This document shows positions 1 through 15,779 of a stretch of 64,000 nt of DNA, piece by piece. Source of the DNA: Pelomyxa schiedti. Lineage: Eukaryota > Protista > Evosea. Every line of letters begins with the position of its first letter. Within the stretch, counting starts at the first letter, position 1. A program made the position numbers and the translations under genes. The DNA is taken from positions 1 through 64,000 of the forward strand of contig JAHLWZ010000814.1 in the NCBI GenBank assembly GCA_020536535.1, given 5' to 3'. The notes beneath the pieces are model-generated. The model was not told the origin of the DNA. It searched no databases and saw only the letters and a program-made list of their open reading frames with translations.

Positions 1-1401
1 AACCCAACTGATTCCAAGCCTGGTGAATGGAACGATATACAAAGCACAAGTGGAATCTTCCGCCATCACTGGGGAGATGTATGACGTGGCTGTTGCTTGT
101 GAAGCCATTGAAAGAAAAGATCGACGGGATCAAATCAATGGAGAGAATCAACCCTCTGGTCTAATTTCACTACAGAGCAGTTGTACTTCGAGTCGTAAGG
201 CCGGGTCCCATATGACCAGGTTGGGTTCCAGTATTCAAGTGGCGAGGGAGGCATTGGTAACTCACGCATTCAACGTTTTTGAGCAAGTCAGAGAGATTCC
301 AGACTTGTTTGAGCAAGTTTTTGAGCAGACCGCAGTGTTTCTTGTGCAACTTCCTCAATTGAACATCATTGACGAAGGAAAACTGCGGAAGTTTGGAAGG
401 TACATACATGAAGGGTACAAAGACAATCCTTACCACAACAGTCTCCATGCAATTGACGTCATGCAGGTTTCCAGGCCCCCCATTTTTTCTGACTTACACT
501 GTGCTTAGACAGTGCATTTCCTTTTGAATCTGCCCTGTTTCTTGGGGTATTTCACCGTTCTGGAGCAATTCTCAATCAGTATCGCAGCTGCGATTCACGA
601 TTACAGACATCCTGGCAGGAACACTGACTTCTTGCGAAACAGCATGGATGCTCTTTACGTTTCATTCAACGGAATTTCTCCCCTTGAGAGCATGCACTCG
701 GCAAATTCACTTTCAGCAGCACTTGGGTTGGCCTGTGAGCGCACAGAGAATAAAACTGGCAACGATAAAGACGACGTTGCGTGGCTGGTCGAGACGCCAA
801 TGGATTTCAAACAACAAGTGCACAGGTATGATGCACAACTTGTGAAAGAAAGCCAAATGGTGTTAATTACGACAAAAGGTGCATATCACAGCTCGTTTTG
901 GCGACGGACATGTCGAAGCACGTGGAGATATTCAGTTCCTTCAAGGATCTGGTCTCCACAAAGAAGTCAGAAGCCACATCAATGTTCAGCACGGAGCAAG
1001 ACCGGCTGCTGGTCTTGAAGATGATCCTGAAGCTGGCGGACCTCTCCAACACGTATGTTCTGACCCACTGAAACACATGCTGTGATAAATAAAAGTAACG
1101 ATGATGAAATATCAGGTTCCGGCCTTGGACTGCATGTCACGAATGGGCACAGCGGCTGCAACAAGAATTCATGGAGCAAGCTGCGCAAGAACGATCGCTG
1201 GGGCTGCCGGTGTTCAAACTCGGTGATGGGACAATGCCCCTGGAGAAGCTTCAGACTTCGTTTTACCCCATGTTCGTGCTGCCAATGCTCTCCACGCTCA
1301 GTGGTGCATTCGAGGAGGTCTCCGCCATTCGAGATGTTGCACTCTCGAATTACCAGCGTTGGGCCTCCTCATGCGTTCCCCGAAGTGAAGAACAGCCCTG
1401 A
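1..1401 (+). CDS. Class I 3',5'-cyclic nucleotide phosphodiesterase, catalytic C-terminal part (5' end probably outside window; about 3 introns)
   Basis: Spliced translation gives the PDE motifs YHNSLHAIDVMQ, AAIHDYRHPG, LVLATDMSKH, LKMILKLADLSN, WAQRLQQEF and QTSFYPMFVLP. Stop TGA ends at 1401. Confidence 0.93.
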
Positions 1402-1430
1402 CACCAACTTGTAGACAAACCTCACACCCC

Positions 1431-1465
1431 CAAACCAAACCAAACCAAACCAAACCAACCAAACC
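1431..1465. repeat. (CAAAC)n pentanucleotide microsatellite between PDE and VPS37
   Basis: Directly visible: caaaccaaaccaaaccaaaccaaaccaaccaaacc. Confidence 0.9.
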
Positions 1466-1597
1466 CAAATGGGACACAGTCAGGGTAATTCTAAGCCAAT
1501 TCCCCTAGTGACAAGACTTGCCTGCGTTTCGTGTCGGTTCCACTTAGATCTTCAACGGATGATAATTGTAAATCAAAAACCACAAAAGATAAACACA

Positions 1598-3233
1598 ATG
1601 TCGCGGTACCCACCAGCACAGCCGGCAGCCTCGAACCTTGCATCTTTGTAAGTGAAGAATGCCGAACGTGGCTATACTGTGTCTGTTCTTCGCCTTCACG
1701 ACGATTGTTTCGTTGTGTTTGGGAGCAGAGGCCAACCGACTTAACTTTCGCTTCAGGAAAATGCAACAAATAGAGGGAATGAGGCAGTTGCACCCCGGCG
1801 TGAGGGAAGTGGAAAGGAATACTATTTATGAAATTCCGATTTATATTAATTCGAGGCCAGTCAGTTTTCGAATGTGCCACTACCTATTTTTTTTACTCCC
1901 TCTGATTCTTATCAACTTACAGCATGTTGCCCCCAACGTTCCCTGGTGCACCCCCACAGATTTCCATAGTACCAATGTTGAGACATAGATTTCTGGACAA
2001 AGGGTAACTGTTGTATGTTGCGTAATTCCTTCGTTTAATGGAAGTCAGTGTTGTCATCAGTGATGTGCACCACTCTCTCCACAACTGGGGACCTCAGATA
2101 CACTTGGGCAAGTTGCTTCAAGATATCATATCCAAATTTACGGAAGAACCCCCAACAGAGTATGCCCTTGCGTTTATCCTCCCCTGATTATTTCATAACT
2201 TTTCAACTTTCAAGTGGAGGACCATCATCCAATTCCCCCTATCCTCCCTCCTCTTCTTATCCCAACCCTTCACCACCGTACCCGAACACAACACCAGCAT
2301 ATCATCCGTATCCGTCTTCCACATACCCATCAACCACCAACCCAAACCCTCCACCTTATCCGAGCTCGTATCCTTACCCAAATAACGCCCCACCAAGCAC
2401 AGCACCACCCCCTTATCCTCAACCTCCAACACAAAATTATGGTACCACAGCACCAAATATGACCGCAAAGCCGACCTATCCTGCTCCCGCTGTGGCGGCA
2501 AGACCTCCACCACCTTCTACACCTCTCCCCCCAACCCCAAAACCTATACCCACTGTAGAAAGTCTCCACATTAACTGGAACTCAAAATCGTATCTCTCTA
2601 AATCTCAAGTATGAAGTAACAGTAGTTAGGGTTGAGGAACTGAGTGACCTTCTTCAAGATGAAACCAAGTTTGAACAATTCTTCCGTCAGATACCCTTTG
2701 TTCAGGAGGAAGATAAAGTACGAATTCCGTACCAATTACTCTTTCTCATTGTGTGTTAGACAATAAAAAGTACTAGGGAATCCAATGAGAAAATTGCCGG
2801 TATCCTCACGAAGTTCCTTGTTTCCAATTCACCTAAAATACTTTTCATCAGATCACTCCAAATCACTTGCTGCGGAGATAGATGGCCTATCACAGCAGTT
2901 TGCAGCAAACCAGGCAAAATTGGCTGAAGCACAAAAAGCTCTTGAGCTAGCTCTACAGTCACAAGCAACAATACAACAGGTATATAGACCCCATAACTAA
3001 ATACGAGAGTTGTACTTGGGATCTCACACATTCACAAGCAATTCGCACCCGCGGTTCTTGGCAACAAGCTGGCAGAAGCAGCCAAAAAAACTGACAGAGA
3101 ATCAGAGGACCTTGCCGCACAGTTCAGCAGTGGCTCACTGACTACTGCCGACATGATTAAGCAATACCGCGAATTGCGCACACTGTACCATATGCGTAGT
3201 GTGAAACGAGAATTCCTCACCAGGCGCACGTAG
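1598..3233 (+). CDS. VPS37: ESCRT-I subunit VPS37 (VPS37A-like: UEV-like N-terminus, Pro/Tyr-rich linker, Mod(r) coiled coil)
   Basis: APTFPGAPPQISIVPMLRHRFLDKG resembles the VPS37A UEV-like segment. PY-rich linker at 2210-2550. C-terminal ELSDLLQDETKFEQFFRQIP...FSSGSLTTADMIKQYRELRTLYHMRSVKRE fits Mod(r). Multi-exon; TAG ends at 3233. Confidence 0.85.
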
Positions 3234-3322
3234 CTTCAGAAGTGATCCATTTTTTCGAAAAACAAAAAAAAAACCAACAAAAAAAGGAGAAATACAAAAA
3301 AAGTTTAGAATTCATAGTGCTA

Positions 3323-5178
3323 TTAATGCTCGACATCGTCATCGTCATCCTCTTCACCATCCGCCCCATTGTCTGTAGATAAGAAAGGTGAGTTGAATTT
3401 TGATGTTGGGGGAGGAGAAGAACCTATAATGGGTGGCAACACAGTAGTCAGCTGTGATGGAGGGGGTGGCATAATTGCTGGAGGAGGCATAATTGCGAGA
3501 GGGGGAGACGGGGTGCTTGGAATAAGGGGTGGTGGTGGACCAATGCGAACTGCTCCAGCCGGAAGGTGTGGGGGTGCCGCGCTGGAGGATGTGTTGTCTT
3601 CGTCTCCAAAGTCATCATCTTCGTCTTCATCGTCTGAGTCTGAGCCATGCTGCTTTTGGACAGCCGATATGAGCGACTGCATTGGCGAAGGTGACGGTAT
3701 TTGAGGAGATGCCTGCAGAGCGGTTAATGCGTAGTTAAAATTAGGAGAGTAAGTACCACTACAACAGGTGAATCGGTACTACCACTTGGTGCATCAGGAT
3801 TGCTATGGTGGATTGGTAAAAGATATAGAGCTGAGATACGAATACTCTATGATTGAAGGATCAACACCAGCAGCTTCCATTTTTTGTTTAATGGCACGAA
3901 TATCTGCTCCAATTCGCAGTAATTTGAAGAATTCGGCATACTTGGGGTCGTTTTTATTCGTTAGGGCTAGAATGAGAGAATTAAGGCGAAGTAAAAGAGA
4001 AGAAGGACAAATGAAACCTGGAGGTGGTATCATTTCAGGTGGTGGGAGAGGAGTTCCTGACGGAGGTGGAGGTGGTCCCGTGATGGTTAGTTGAGTAGAA
4101 GAGGGTGGAGGGATCGGTGTCGATGTTGTGGGTGGAGGTACTACGAGAGGTGGAGAGGGAGAGCGTGGAGATGTCGATGGCGATGGGACTTCACCTGGCG
4201 GTGGTACATTTCCTGTTGTACTATTACTTAAGGTACCAAGTAGTATGATATGTACTTGGAGGTGCTGCGGCACTACTACCAGCACTGGTACTTGGTGCGT
4301 CAGGGTTGCTGTGGCTGGTTAGTAATGAAATGGAATTAGGCAAAGCGTACTCTAATACACTGGGATCCAAACCCAGTGCTTCCATTTTTGGTCTAAGTTG
4401 CATAGGTGGTACACCAATTCGAAGCAACCTGAAGAACTCCGCATACTGGGGATCATCTTTATTTAGTACGACTAATTTGGTATATTAGGAAGGTTAGGAA
4501 GGTTAAAGGGAAATTGTTAATGAAACCTGGAGCAGTTTCCACAGGAGGTGGAACAAACGATGGCGGACCCACATCTGTAGCGCTCGTGGCTGCCGCAGTT
4601 GTACTAGGCGGTGGGGTATCTGGGATATCTATCGACTTCAATTTTTCTTCTAGAATAGCCATTGTAACCTCTGTTTGGTTGTATTGTTTTTTCAGTCAGT
4701 AGGCTATTTTCAATTAAATGGCAAGAGAAGTGATTTGTTTGTGAAGCCCTCACCCATTCTATCGATAGAATTTGACACGGTGTATAACTTCTTTTCACAA
4801 ATATGTGCGAACCTTATAAACGCAAAGACGTAAAGTTAGTTGCTTTAACACGCCCTCATGTAAATATAGCTACGCAGATATATACCTGTTTACAAACAGT
4901 ACAGTGTTCGACACGAACAGGTTTACCATCGCCACCACGTCTCTCGTAGGCAGTGGCCCAACTTCGTTCAGATCCACCTTTTGCTGTTGCAAAGTGACCG
5001 TCGGCACCACGTCTCCGGGCGTCGTAGTTGGGGCCGCGGCTGCCGTAGATTGCGGCGGCAAAGATGACGACAAAGAAGCCGCGGGAGTTGACGACGACAA
5101 CGGCGGAGTTGGCGTCGCACTAGCCGCGGAAGTAGTCGTCGTAGTTGTCGTAGTTGTAGGAGGCGGAGTAGAAGACAT
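3323..5178 (-). CDS. WASHC3: WASH complex subunit 3 (CCDC53) with duplicated C-terminal module and Pro-rich/acidic tail
   Basis: VDLNEVGPLPTRDVVAMVNLFVSNTVLFVNR...AILEEKLKSI matches the CCDC53 coiled coil. Two copies of K(D/N)DPxYAEFFxLLRIG...KMEAxGxDPS match the CCDC53 C-terminal motif. Confidence 0.88.
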
Positions 5179-5331
5179 TTATGATCTCGAGATCTGGAAC
5201 CGCAGCCGTATTAGCGAGCCCCCTTTTTATTTGTTTGTAAAGGACAAGCCGACGTGCGATGACCTTTCGTCCGTCACGTCAACTTTTTAATTTTCTTCTT
5301 CTTTTTCTCCCCTTTTCCACCATGTTGACAG

Positions 5332-6860
5332 ATCTCCAATCACTGGTCTCTGAGGATTTCCTTGCCTACTGTCACGTTCCACACTGTTGAAGGTGATACA
5401 TCTTGCAATGGTCATCCGGAGGGAGCAATCCTCAAATCTCCACATCTCCAAGAAACTGATCACATAAGCCCGTTGGAACAAATGGACGATAGCACGTTAG
5501 CACGTGTGTTTGAGTTCCTGGACACAAAGTCGTTGATACGTTGCCTAAGGGTAAGATAGTAATCATAAAATGATCGATTCTAAAGTTCTTTAAATGTGTC
5601 AAGGTTAGCACAAGGTGGAATGCAGTGGCCCGTGCGCCATCGTTGGTTGGTTTACTTTTATAGTATAGTCTCACTCTGTGAGCAACTCGTATTATGGGTT
5701 TCTCTAACTGCGCCAAAGTGGAAAAAGTCACACTTGGCACTTGACACAAATGACACCAAGTTGTATAGGCTCTCGAGTCTCGGGTTTGTTCTTTTTGTTA
5801 TTTTCTATTTTTTGCTGTCATTCATTCTAACTCTTCTATCTAAATTAATCTACTGGGTGAAATACAGGGACGTCATATCCTTACAGTACCTTGAGAGTGT
5901 TTGCATAAGAGCACAAATTGATGTGTGGCGGCCACGTTCTCTGACTGATTCTGGTGTCACTTCCTTTTTTGGCAAGTGCCACAGCCTGGTGAGTGTGGAA
6001 CTGTTGGATTTGGTTTTCATAACCAATCCGTCTCTGGATAGTCTAACATTGAATTGCGCTACCACAGTACGTGGGTGCTTCGCCTCCGTTTTCTTACTTA
6101 CAGTCAGCTGACATCTGTGACTTTGAGGCGATGTGATGAGGTGACAGACGCAGGCTTATATACCATTGCCCTGCACTGTCATTTAATTTCGCACCTTATT
6201 TTGGAGGGATGCTATTCGGTCACAAATCGTGGTATCATGTTTCTGAGTGACGGATGTCCTAGATTAGAATTTCTTAGCATTGCTCAGAGCAGTAATCTGA
6301 TTTCACAAACCAACCTCTCTCAATAGTTTCTTCTCCCGTGCTCAGGGAATATTTCTGATGAGGGGGTAGTTTATCTTGCAAGAAAGTGTACCGACTTGAA
6401 ACACTTGGACATTACCTGTTATCCAACAAGAATTGGACTGACAGATCGCACTCTTGCTCAACTTGCACTGTCATGCAAAAGACTGGTCTTCCTTAACCTC
6501 TCAGGATGTGTAGCAGTGTCAGACTATGGTATTATTTCAAGTGGAATTTGCATCTCCTTTGACCTTTTTAATCAGGTATCACCCAAATAGCTTCAAGGTA
6601 TACCTGGAAATTTGGGTTGGTATTCCTAACTCCTTTTCAGCTGTTCTTTAATTCAGCGGTTTGTACTTCGTAATTGTTCACAACTGAGTGATGACATCAT
6701 AGCACCACTAACACAACTAGAACACCTCTCTGAAATTAACTTCTCCGGTGTTACTGGAATCTCATCCGAGGGATGTGCACTACTCTTATCTGTTAACCCC
6801 CTTGTAAAAATAATACCCTTGGAAGTCATCATGAGGGGCAGAAGAAACGCCTACACCTAA
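5332..6860 (+). CDS. F-box/LRR-repeat protein (FBXL/AMN1-type LRRs); true start slightly upstream and not resolved
   Basis: F-box PLEQMDDSTLARVFEFLDTKSLIRCLR|VSTRWNAVA, then Cys-containing LRRs (LRRCDEVTDAGLYTIALHC, LEGCYSVTNRGI, LNLSGCVAVSDYG). Exon at 5332 follows a TTGACAG acceptor. TAA ends at 6860. Confidence 0.88.
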
Positions 6861-7093
6861 CACAAAAAATAAATGAGAATTTCCTTTTTTCTTGTACTTT
6901 TTCGTTTCCCACAAGTGTGTTGGGCACGCCGTTTTTTGGTGTACCAAAAATGAATGAAAAAGAAAAGCAAACCTGCAAAGGTTCGTATGATGACAGTCTG
7001 TTGGTGATTATTTATGATCCAATAACGAAATCACATTTGCTGACTATTATTTTGTTTTTTTCCAACAGGGGACACAGCACTTATTTAGTTTCT

Positions 7094-9445
7094 TTAAACT
7101 GATAGCTCCTCAGGTGGTGGGAGCTCTGTTGTTGTTGAAGTAGCCACTTCAGTTTCAGTTGTAGTGTGTGTTACTGGTTCTGCTGGTGTTTCCGGTGTTG
7201 CTTCTGTTGTTGTTGTTGTTTGGGTAGGGTTTGTCTCTGTGGGTGACTCTTCAGTCTGTGGTTGTGGTACTGGGGTCTCTACAGACTTGGTATTATCGGC
7301 CGGAGTTTCTGTTGCTGTTGCTGTTGCTATTTCCGAGGCTTGTGGGACCGGTTCTGGTTTTGGCTCTGGCTCTGGAGTCACTTCTGGGGCTGATGTCGTT
7401 GTTGTTGTCACTGACACTGTCTCAGTCTCCACTTGTGTCTCTTTCTCAGCCTTTGCCTCAGGGGCAGTCTCTGTCAGAGCCTCTGGAACTTGAACAGTTG
7501 GTACTTCTGGCACTTTCTCAGCAGGGGGCTCAGAGACACTTTCTGTTTCGACCTCTGGCACTTTCTCAGGCTGTGCTTCAGGGACTTTCTCTGTCTGTAC
7601 TTCAGGGGATACATCTATCTTTTCAGGTACTTTCTCTGGCAGTGTTTCAGGGACTTGCTCGGGACGTACTTCCGGGGCTATCTCTACCTTTTCAGGTACT
7701 TTCTCTGGCAGTGTTTCAGGAACTTTCTCTACGTGAACCTCTGGTTTTGTCTCTGGCACAGAGGCTGTCTCAGGTGCAAGTGTACTTGGTTCATGTGTTG
7801 GTTGGGGGGTTGGTACAACTGGGTCTGCTGAGGACTTTGCTTGAAGGACGGTCCCTCCGCTAGACGTAGAATCTGGGGGATTGGAAGTTTGTGTTGTGGT
7901 AGTTGTGGTGGTAGTAGTCGTTGTCGTGGTGCTGACGTTAGTGGTAACTGGGGCCGTGGTAGCTGCTGCCGTAGAAGTTGCCTCGGCTGCTTCTTGGTTT
8001 TCAAGTTGGTCCAAGTCTTTCTGCCACAGAATTGGATGTTCTACGTCTTCAATGGTATCATCGCGGTGACGGCGAAGATGAACCTTGGACCAAGTAAGAA
8101 AAAGCAACAACGGAAAACCCTATACTTGGAGATGAAGGTTGACCTCATCGGCCCTGGGATAGCATATCAAAACATAGTTCGAGGGGGGGAAAAAAAAACC
8201 TTGAAAGAAAAGAAAACATTCCTCCAGATTTGAGAAGAGCAACATGAGCCTGTGGATACAACTTGTAAACTTCCTCTTTGAGGTTATTGGGTATAATATC
8301 ATCGGTGGTCTGTGGTGTTGTGTTTTGTTTTGTTTCAGGTCATTAGACATTTCAAAATTGCTTATGGAATATTCCTACATCGATTATTGTGACCCGGTCA
8401 TTCCGAAATACTTCCGCTACTGTTATCTGGAATGGAGTTGTGTTCAGGGTGAGACGTGACACGAGCTCACTATGAGTCAAGGTATCAAGCTTAATTGCTA
8501 TTAGGTATTTGGGCATTTCTCACAAACCAACCTGAGATACAACAAAGTCAACTGAATTGGCAATCTCACTTTCCATAGCACCTTGTGGGAAGTTGTTCAA
8601 AATAAATTTCTTCAACATGAACTCCGGAATGAATCGATACCTATGGATCGGGTTATTCAAAATACCAATACTGAACTGCAAAGAAACTTACATTCCAGCA
8701 AATGGGGCATTATTGCCATAGTACTTTTTTTTTTTAAAAAAAAAAAGGGAACTGTTATTCAAGCTGAAAAAGTTATAATGCACACCTGGGTGTCACAGAA
8801 TGTGTTTGAGAGAATAAGAGACTTGACCATGCGGGGGTAATGCTTCACAAACGCCTGTGCTAAAAGACCTCCAAGTGAGGTTCCATACAGATGTACCTGT
8901 GCAGAAAAGATTATCACTAGGTATGCAGAAGTACATTCCCCACCTGCGCTATGTCCATTGTTTTCAGCAAGTTGCAGAGACCATCTGCCCAGTCCTTATG
9001 TGTGTAGAAGGGCGGCCATTGGATCTATGGAAACGGTGAAGAATTCGATATTTTTCTTAGTCCGTACCAGCACAACCCTGAGTCCCTTGGAACACAAAGC
9101 AAGGGCTTGCTTGTAGAAAACCTAAACATCAACATCCAGTTAAGGAAGGCATATCAGTGTGTTACACATAATGAAACTAGTGCATCTAGCACACCTCAGC
9201 CGAGCACGCTACACCAGGGATTGCCAACAATGGTGCTTGTTCCTTAGCCCCATAGTCATACACTTTCCATATGTCGTATCCAAATCGATTGTTACGTACT
9301 GACACCTTGTTTACACAAGCCACAATTAAAAAAAAACCCATTTTCTAAACCTTAACCACTAGGTTGTTTTTGTCACTACCTTTTGCTTTGCCACCCAGTT
9401 CTGGAAATTCTTAAAATCAGCGTTGGGTTCCTTTGCGTCCACCAT
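7094..9445 (-). CDS. SPG21: Maspardin (SPG21/ACP33-like alpha/beta-fold protein) with about 330-aa acidic Thr/Pro/Glu-rich C-terminal extension
   Basis: Spliced N-terminus MVDAKEPNADFKNFQNWVAKQK|VSVRNNRFGYDIWKVYDYGAKEQAPLLAIPGVACSAE and C-terminal ADEVNLHLQ|VHLRRH match maspardin, followed by ORF 7094-8110. Confidence 0.85.
7500..7760 (-). repeat. Coding tandem repeats (PEKVPE-type) in the maspardin extension
   Basis: tttcaggtactttctctggcagtgtttcagg occurs at about 7621 and 7691; the protein repeats PETLPEKVPEK/EKVPE. Confidence 0.85.
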
Positions 9446-9529
9446 TTCGTTTATGTCTGTTTGCTGGTGATTGTTCTTTGGGGAAAAAAGGCGAAGTTTT
9501 TTTTTGATGACTTCGCGTGGAGATCGTTC

Positions 9530-11495
9530 TTACGGGTTTTTGGTGATGGGTTTTTTGGCGATACTGGGTGTTGTGGGTGTGGGTTTCAGCGAGGGAAGTA
9601 GACTGCTGAAACTCGTCTGTGAATAGTGTTTGCGAATGGAAGGTAAAGGAGGAGAGCGGAACCTCTTTGGGGGCAAGGAAGGTCTGTATACTCTCTCCAA
9701 ATAGTTCCACCAAGGTTTCGTAGTTGCCAGACAGAGCAGGGTCCAGTTGTTCAATATTCCTCACAGTCGACATTGGAGGCACGGCCCCTCTCAGATATAA
9801 ACCAGCAGCGTTCTATCATTGGTGTAAGGCGAAAAAAAACAGAGGGAAGGAAGAGAATCCCCACTATCAATGCTTCTTTCACTTTTTTCGCTTCTTGTGA
9901 GATTATGGCATCTGGGTTATTGAGGTCGCTTTCCAGAGCTCTGGTGTAGTCAGCAATCTAGGGAATGTGAATGCTAAGAGGTAGGAAAATTCATACATGA
10001 GGAATAAGTAAAAGTTGCACAGCACTCGAACCGAGAGCAGATATCCCAACAACGGCTCCATAGTGAGTTGGTAGAGGCTTTCCTCGGTCCAAAAAAGCGC
10101 GAAGAAGAGCTTTGGCCATTCGAGGTTGAATTGTAGGGTATGTGTTCCCATATCTTATCAAGTTAATTGTGAAAGTCAATTATGTTCTTAACCTTCTGCA
10201 GACAAGAGCTACAAGAGAAGATGCATAATCACGGAGACCCCAGTGGTTTTCATGTGGAGATTCACACAATTTCTTTCCAACAATACAGGTAAGTATAGCG
10301 GGCATGAATTGGTGCAGCTGCAGAAATATACCAAGGTTGACTCAGGTTGGAATGAGTAAAGAGGGTACATAAAGCTCCGTATGCAAATGAGAACTAATCA
10401 ACAATGCCTCGACCATTCGCATTAAATTCGTCAAGACAGGGAGGTTCCTCAGGTTGTTCGTTACTTCATCAGCAACAAAGCGCGTGAAGTAGGGCAAAAG
10501 TTGTGCTGTGCCACGATCCGATTTCAGGCTGTTGAGTGCTGCAGAAACAATTGTTTCATCAGACTCTACAGAGACTAAGATGCAACTCCAAGAAAAAACT
10601 ATGAGGGAAACCTTTCACAGCTTGGGTTATAGCATTGAAGTAAAGTTGCAATTCTTTTGATAAAACATGCTGTACAACTGGTTTAACTTCAACATCTTCC
10701 ATTCGCGGCCGTTTTGCTGGAGGTGCTTGGGATTCAGCTGTTTATTCATTTTTTTTTAATTTTAGTTGAAGAAGTTGGTATCTTGTATTACATACGTGCT
10801 GGGGGATTTTGTGGAATAGCAGGTTGAACACCCTCGACAGCAAGCCAATGTAGTGAGACAGCAACATCTCTTGGGCACTCAGGGAGGGGTTGCTCAATGA
10901 GGCTAACGAGGTCCACCTCTGGGTCCTACTGCACCACGAGAGAATGACAAATTTTGGGGGAGCAAAGTACGTTCGCATACCTGCACACAAAAGAGGTCCT
11001 TGGCTCCTGTCACCCGCTGAAACCTCATAGGAGGAGTAAAACTGTAACCGTACAGGGTCTGAAGTGGATGGTACTTAACAATAGACAACAGAAATACAAT
11101 AACTACCTCCACATTCTTAAGCCTAAGGGCGCTATTCACATCTGTGGTAGTCAAAACATCCCGCTTTGATCGTCTCATGAACTTGGCAGCCTCCTGCGTA
11201 GTTTATGTTTGTGTCATGCTTCCAGAGTATGGCAGAATGTTACACTCACTTGTATTAGCTCCCTCATCCTGTACTCTACATCGGATGCCAAGGCAGATGC
11301 CACTTCTTCATTGAGTCCGACGCCCATCGACTCTGCTATTACTCTCACAGAGTCGGAAGTTATAGCAGTGTGCTTAGGCGGTTCCTGTTGCAGTTGTTGT
11401 ACCTGAGGTTGTGTTTGTTGCTGTTGCTGTTGTGGCTGCTGTGTCTGTTGGGAAGGGGGCGTTGGTGCCGGCGAAGGGTAAAACAACGATGACAT
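9530..11495 (-). CDS. TAF6: Transcription initiation factor TFIID subunit 6
   Basis: Histone fold [38 protein letters not shown]...[27 protein letters not shown]6C HEAT segment [41 protein letters not shown]. The 3' end assumes a final intron giving ...ITKNP*. Confidence 0.92.
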
Positions 11496-11701
11496 CCCAC
11501 AGCTTGTGTTTATTTTTTTTTCTGGTGATTTCTGTCTGAGTTTGTCGATCAGCGTGATGACAGGTCAGCAGGGGAACTAATGTGTCGGATTACACCTAGA
11601 GTGCAGTCTCTGTGGGTCCCTCAGATCACTGGAAGGAGAAAAGATTCAGTTGCTCAAGAAGGATTTTTTCTCTTTTTTTGAAAAATCAAATAGGTGCAGG
11701 C

Positions 11702-15715
<4,014 letters not shown>

Positions 15716-15779
15716 TCCAACAATAAACTCATCAAGCAAGAAGGAAAAAAACAAAACTGATACATTTTACTTCTGCTCT

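Noticed and set aside
5875-5882. ATATCCTT, the U12 (AT-AC) donor consensus
   Set aside because: It falls within in-frame LRR coding sequence (VISLQ), and no matching branch point or AC acceptor is needed.
7164-8233. Several long hydrophobic plus-strand ORFs that look like membrane proteins
   Set aside because: Antisense frames of the repetitive maspardin tail.
9417-9445. Apparent overlap of the TAF6 ORF end with the maspardin start
   Set aside because: A GT-AG intron after ...APKE gives a more plausible TAF6 end at 9530, which removes the overlap.
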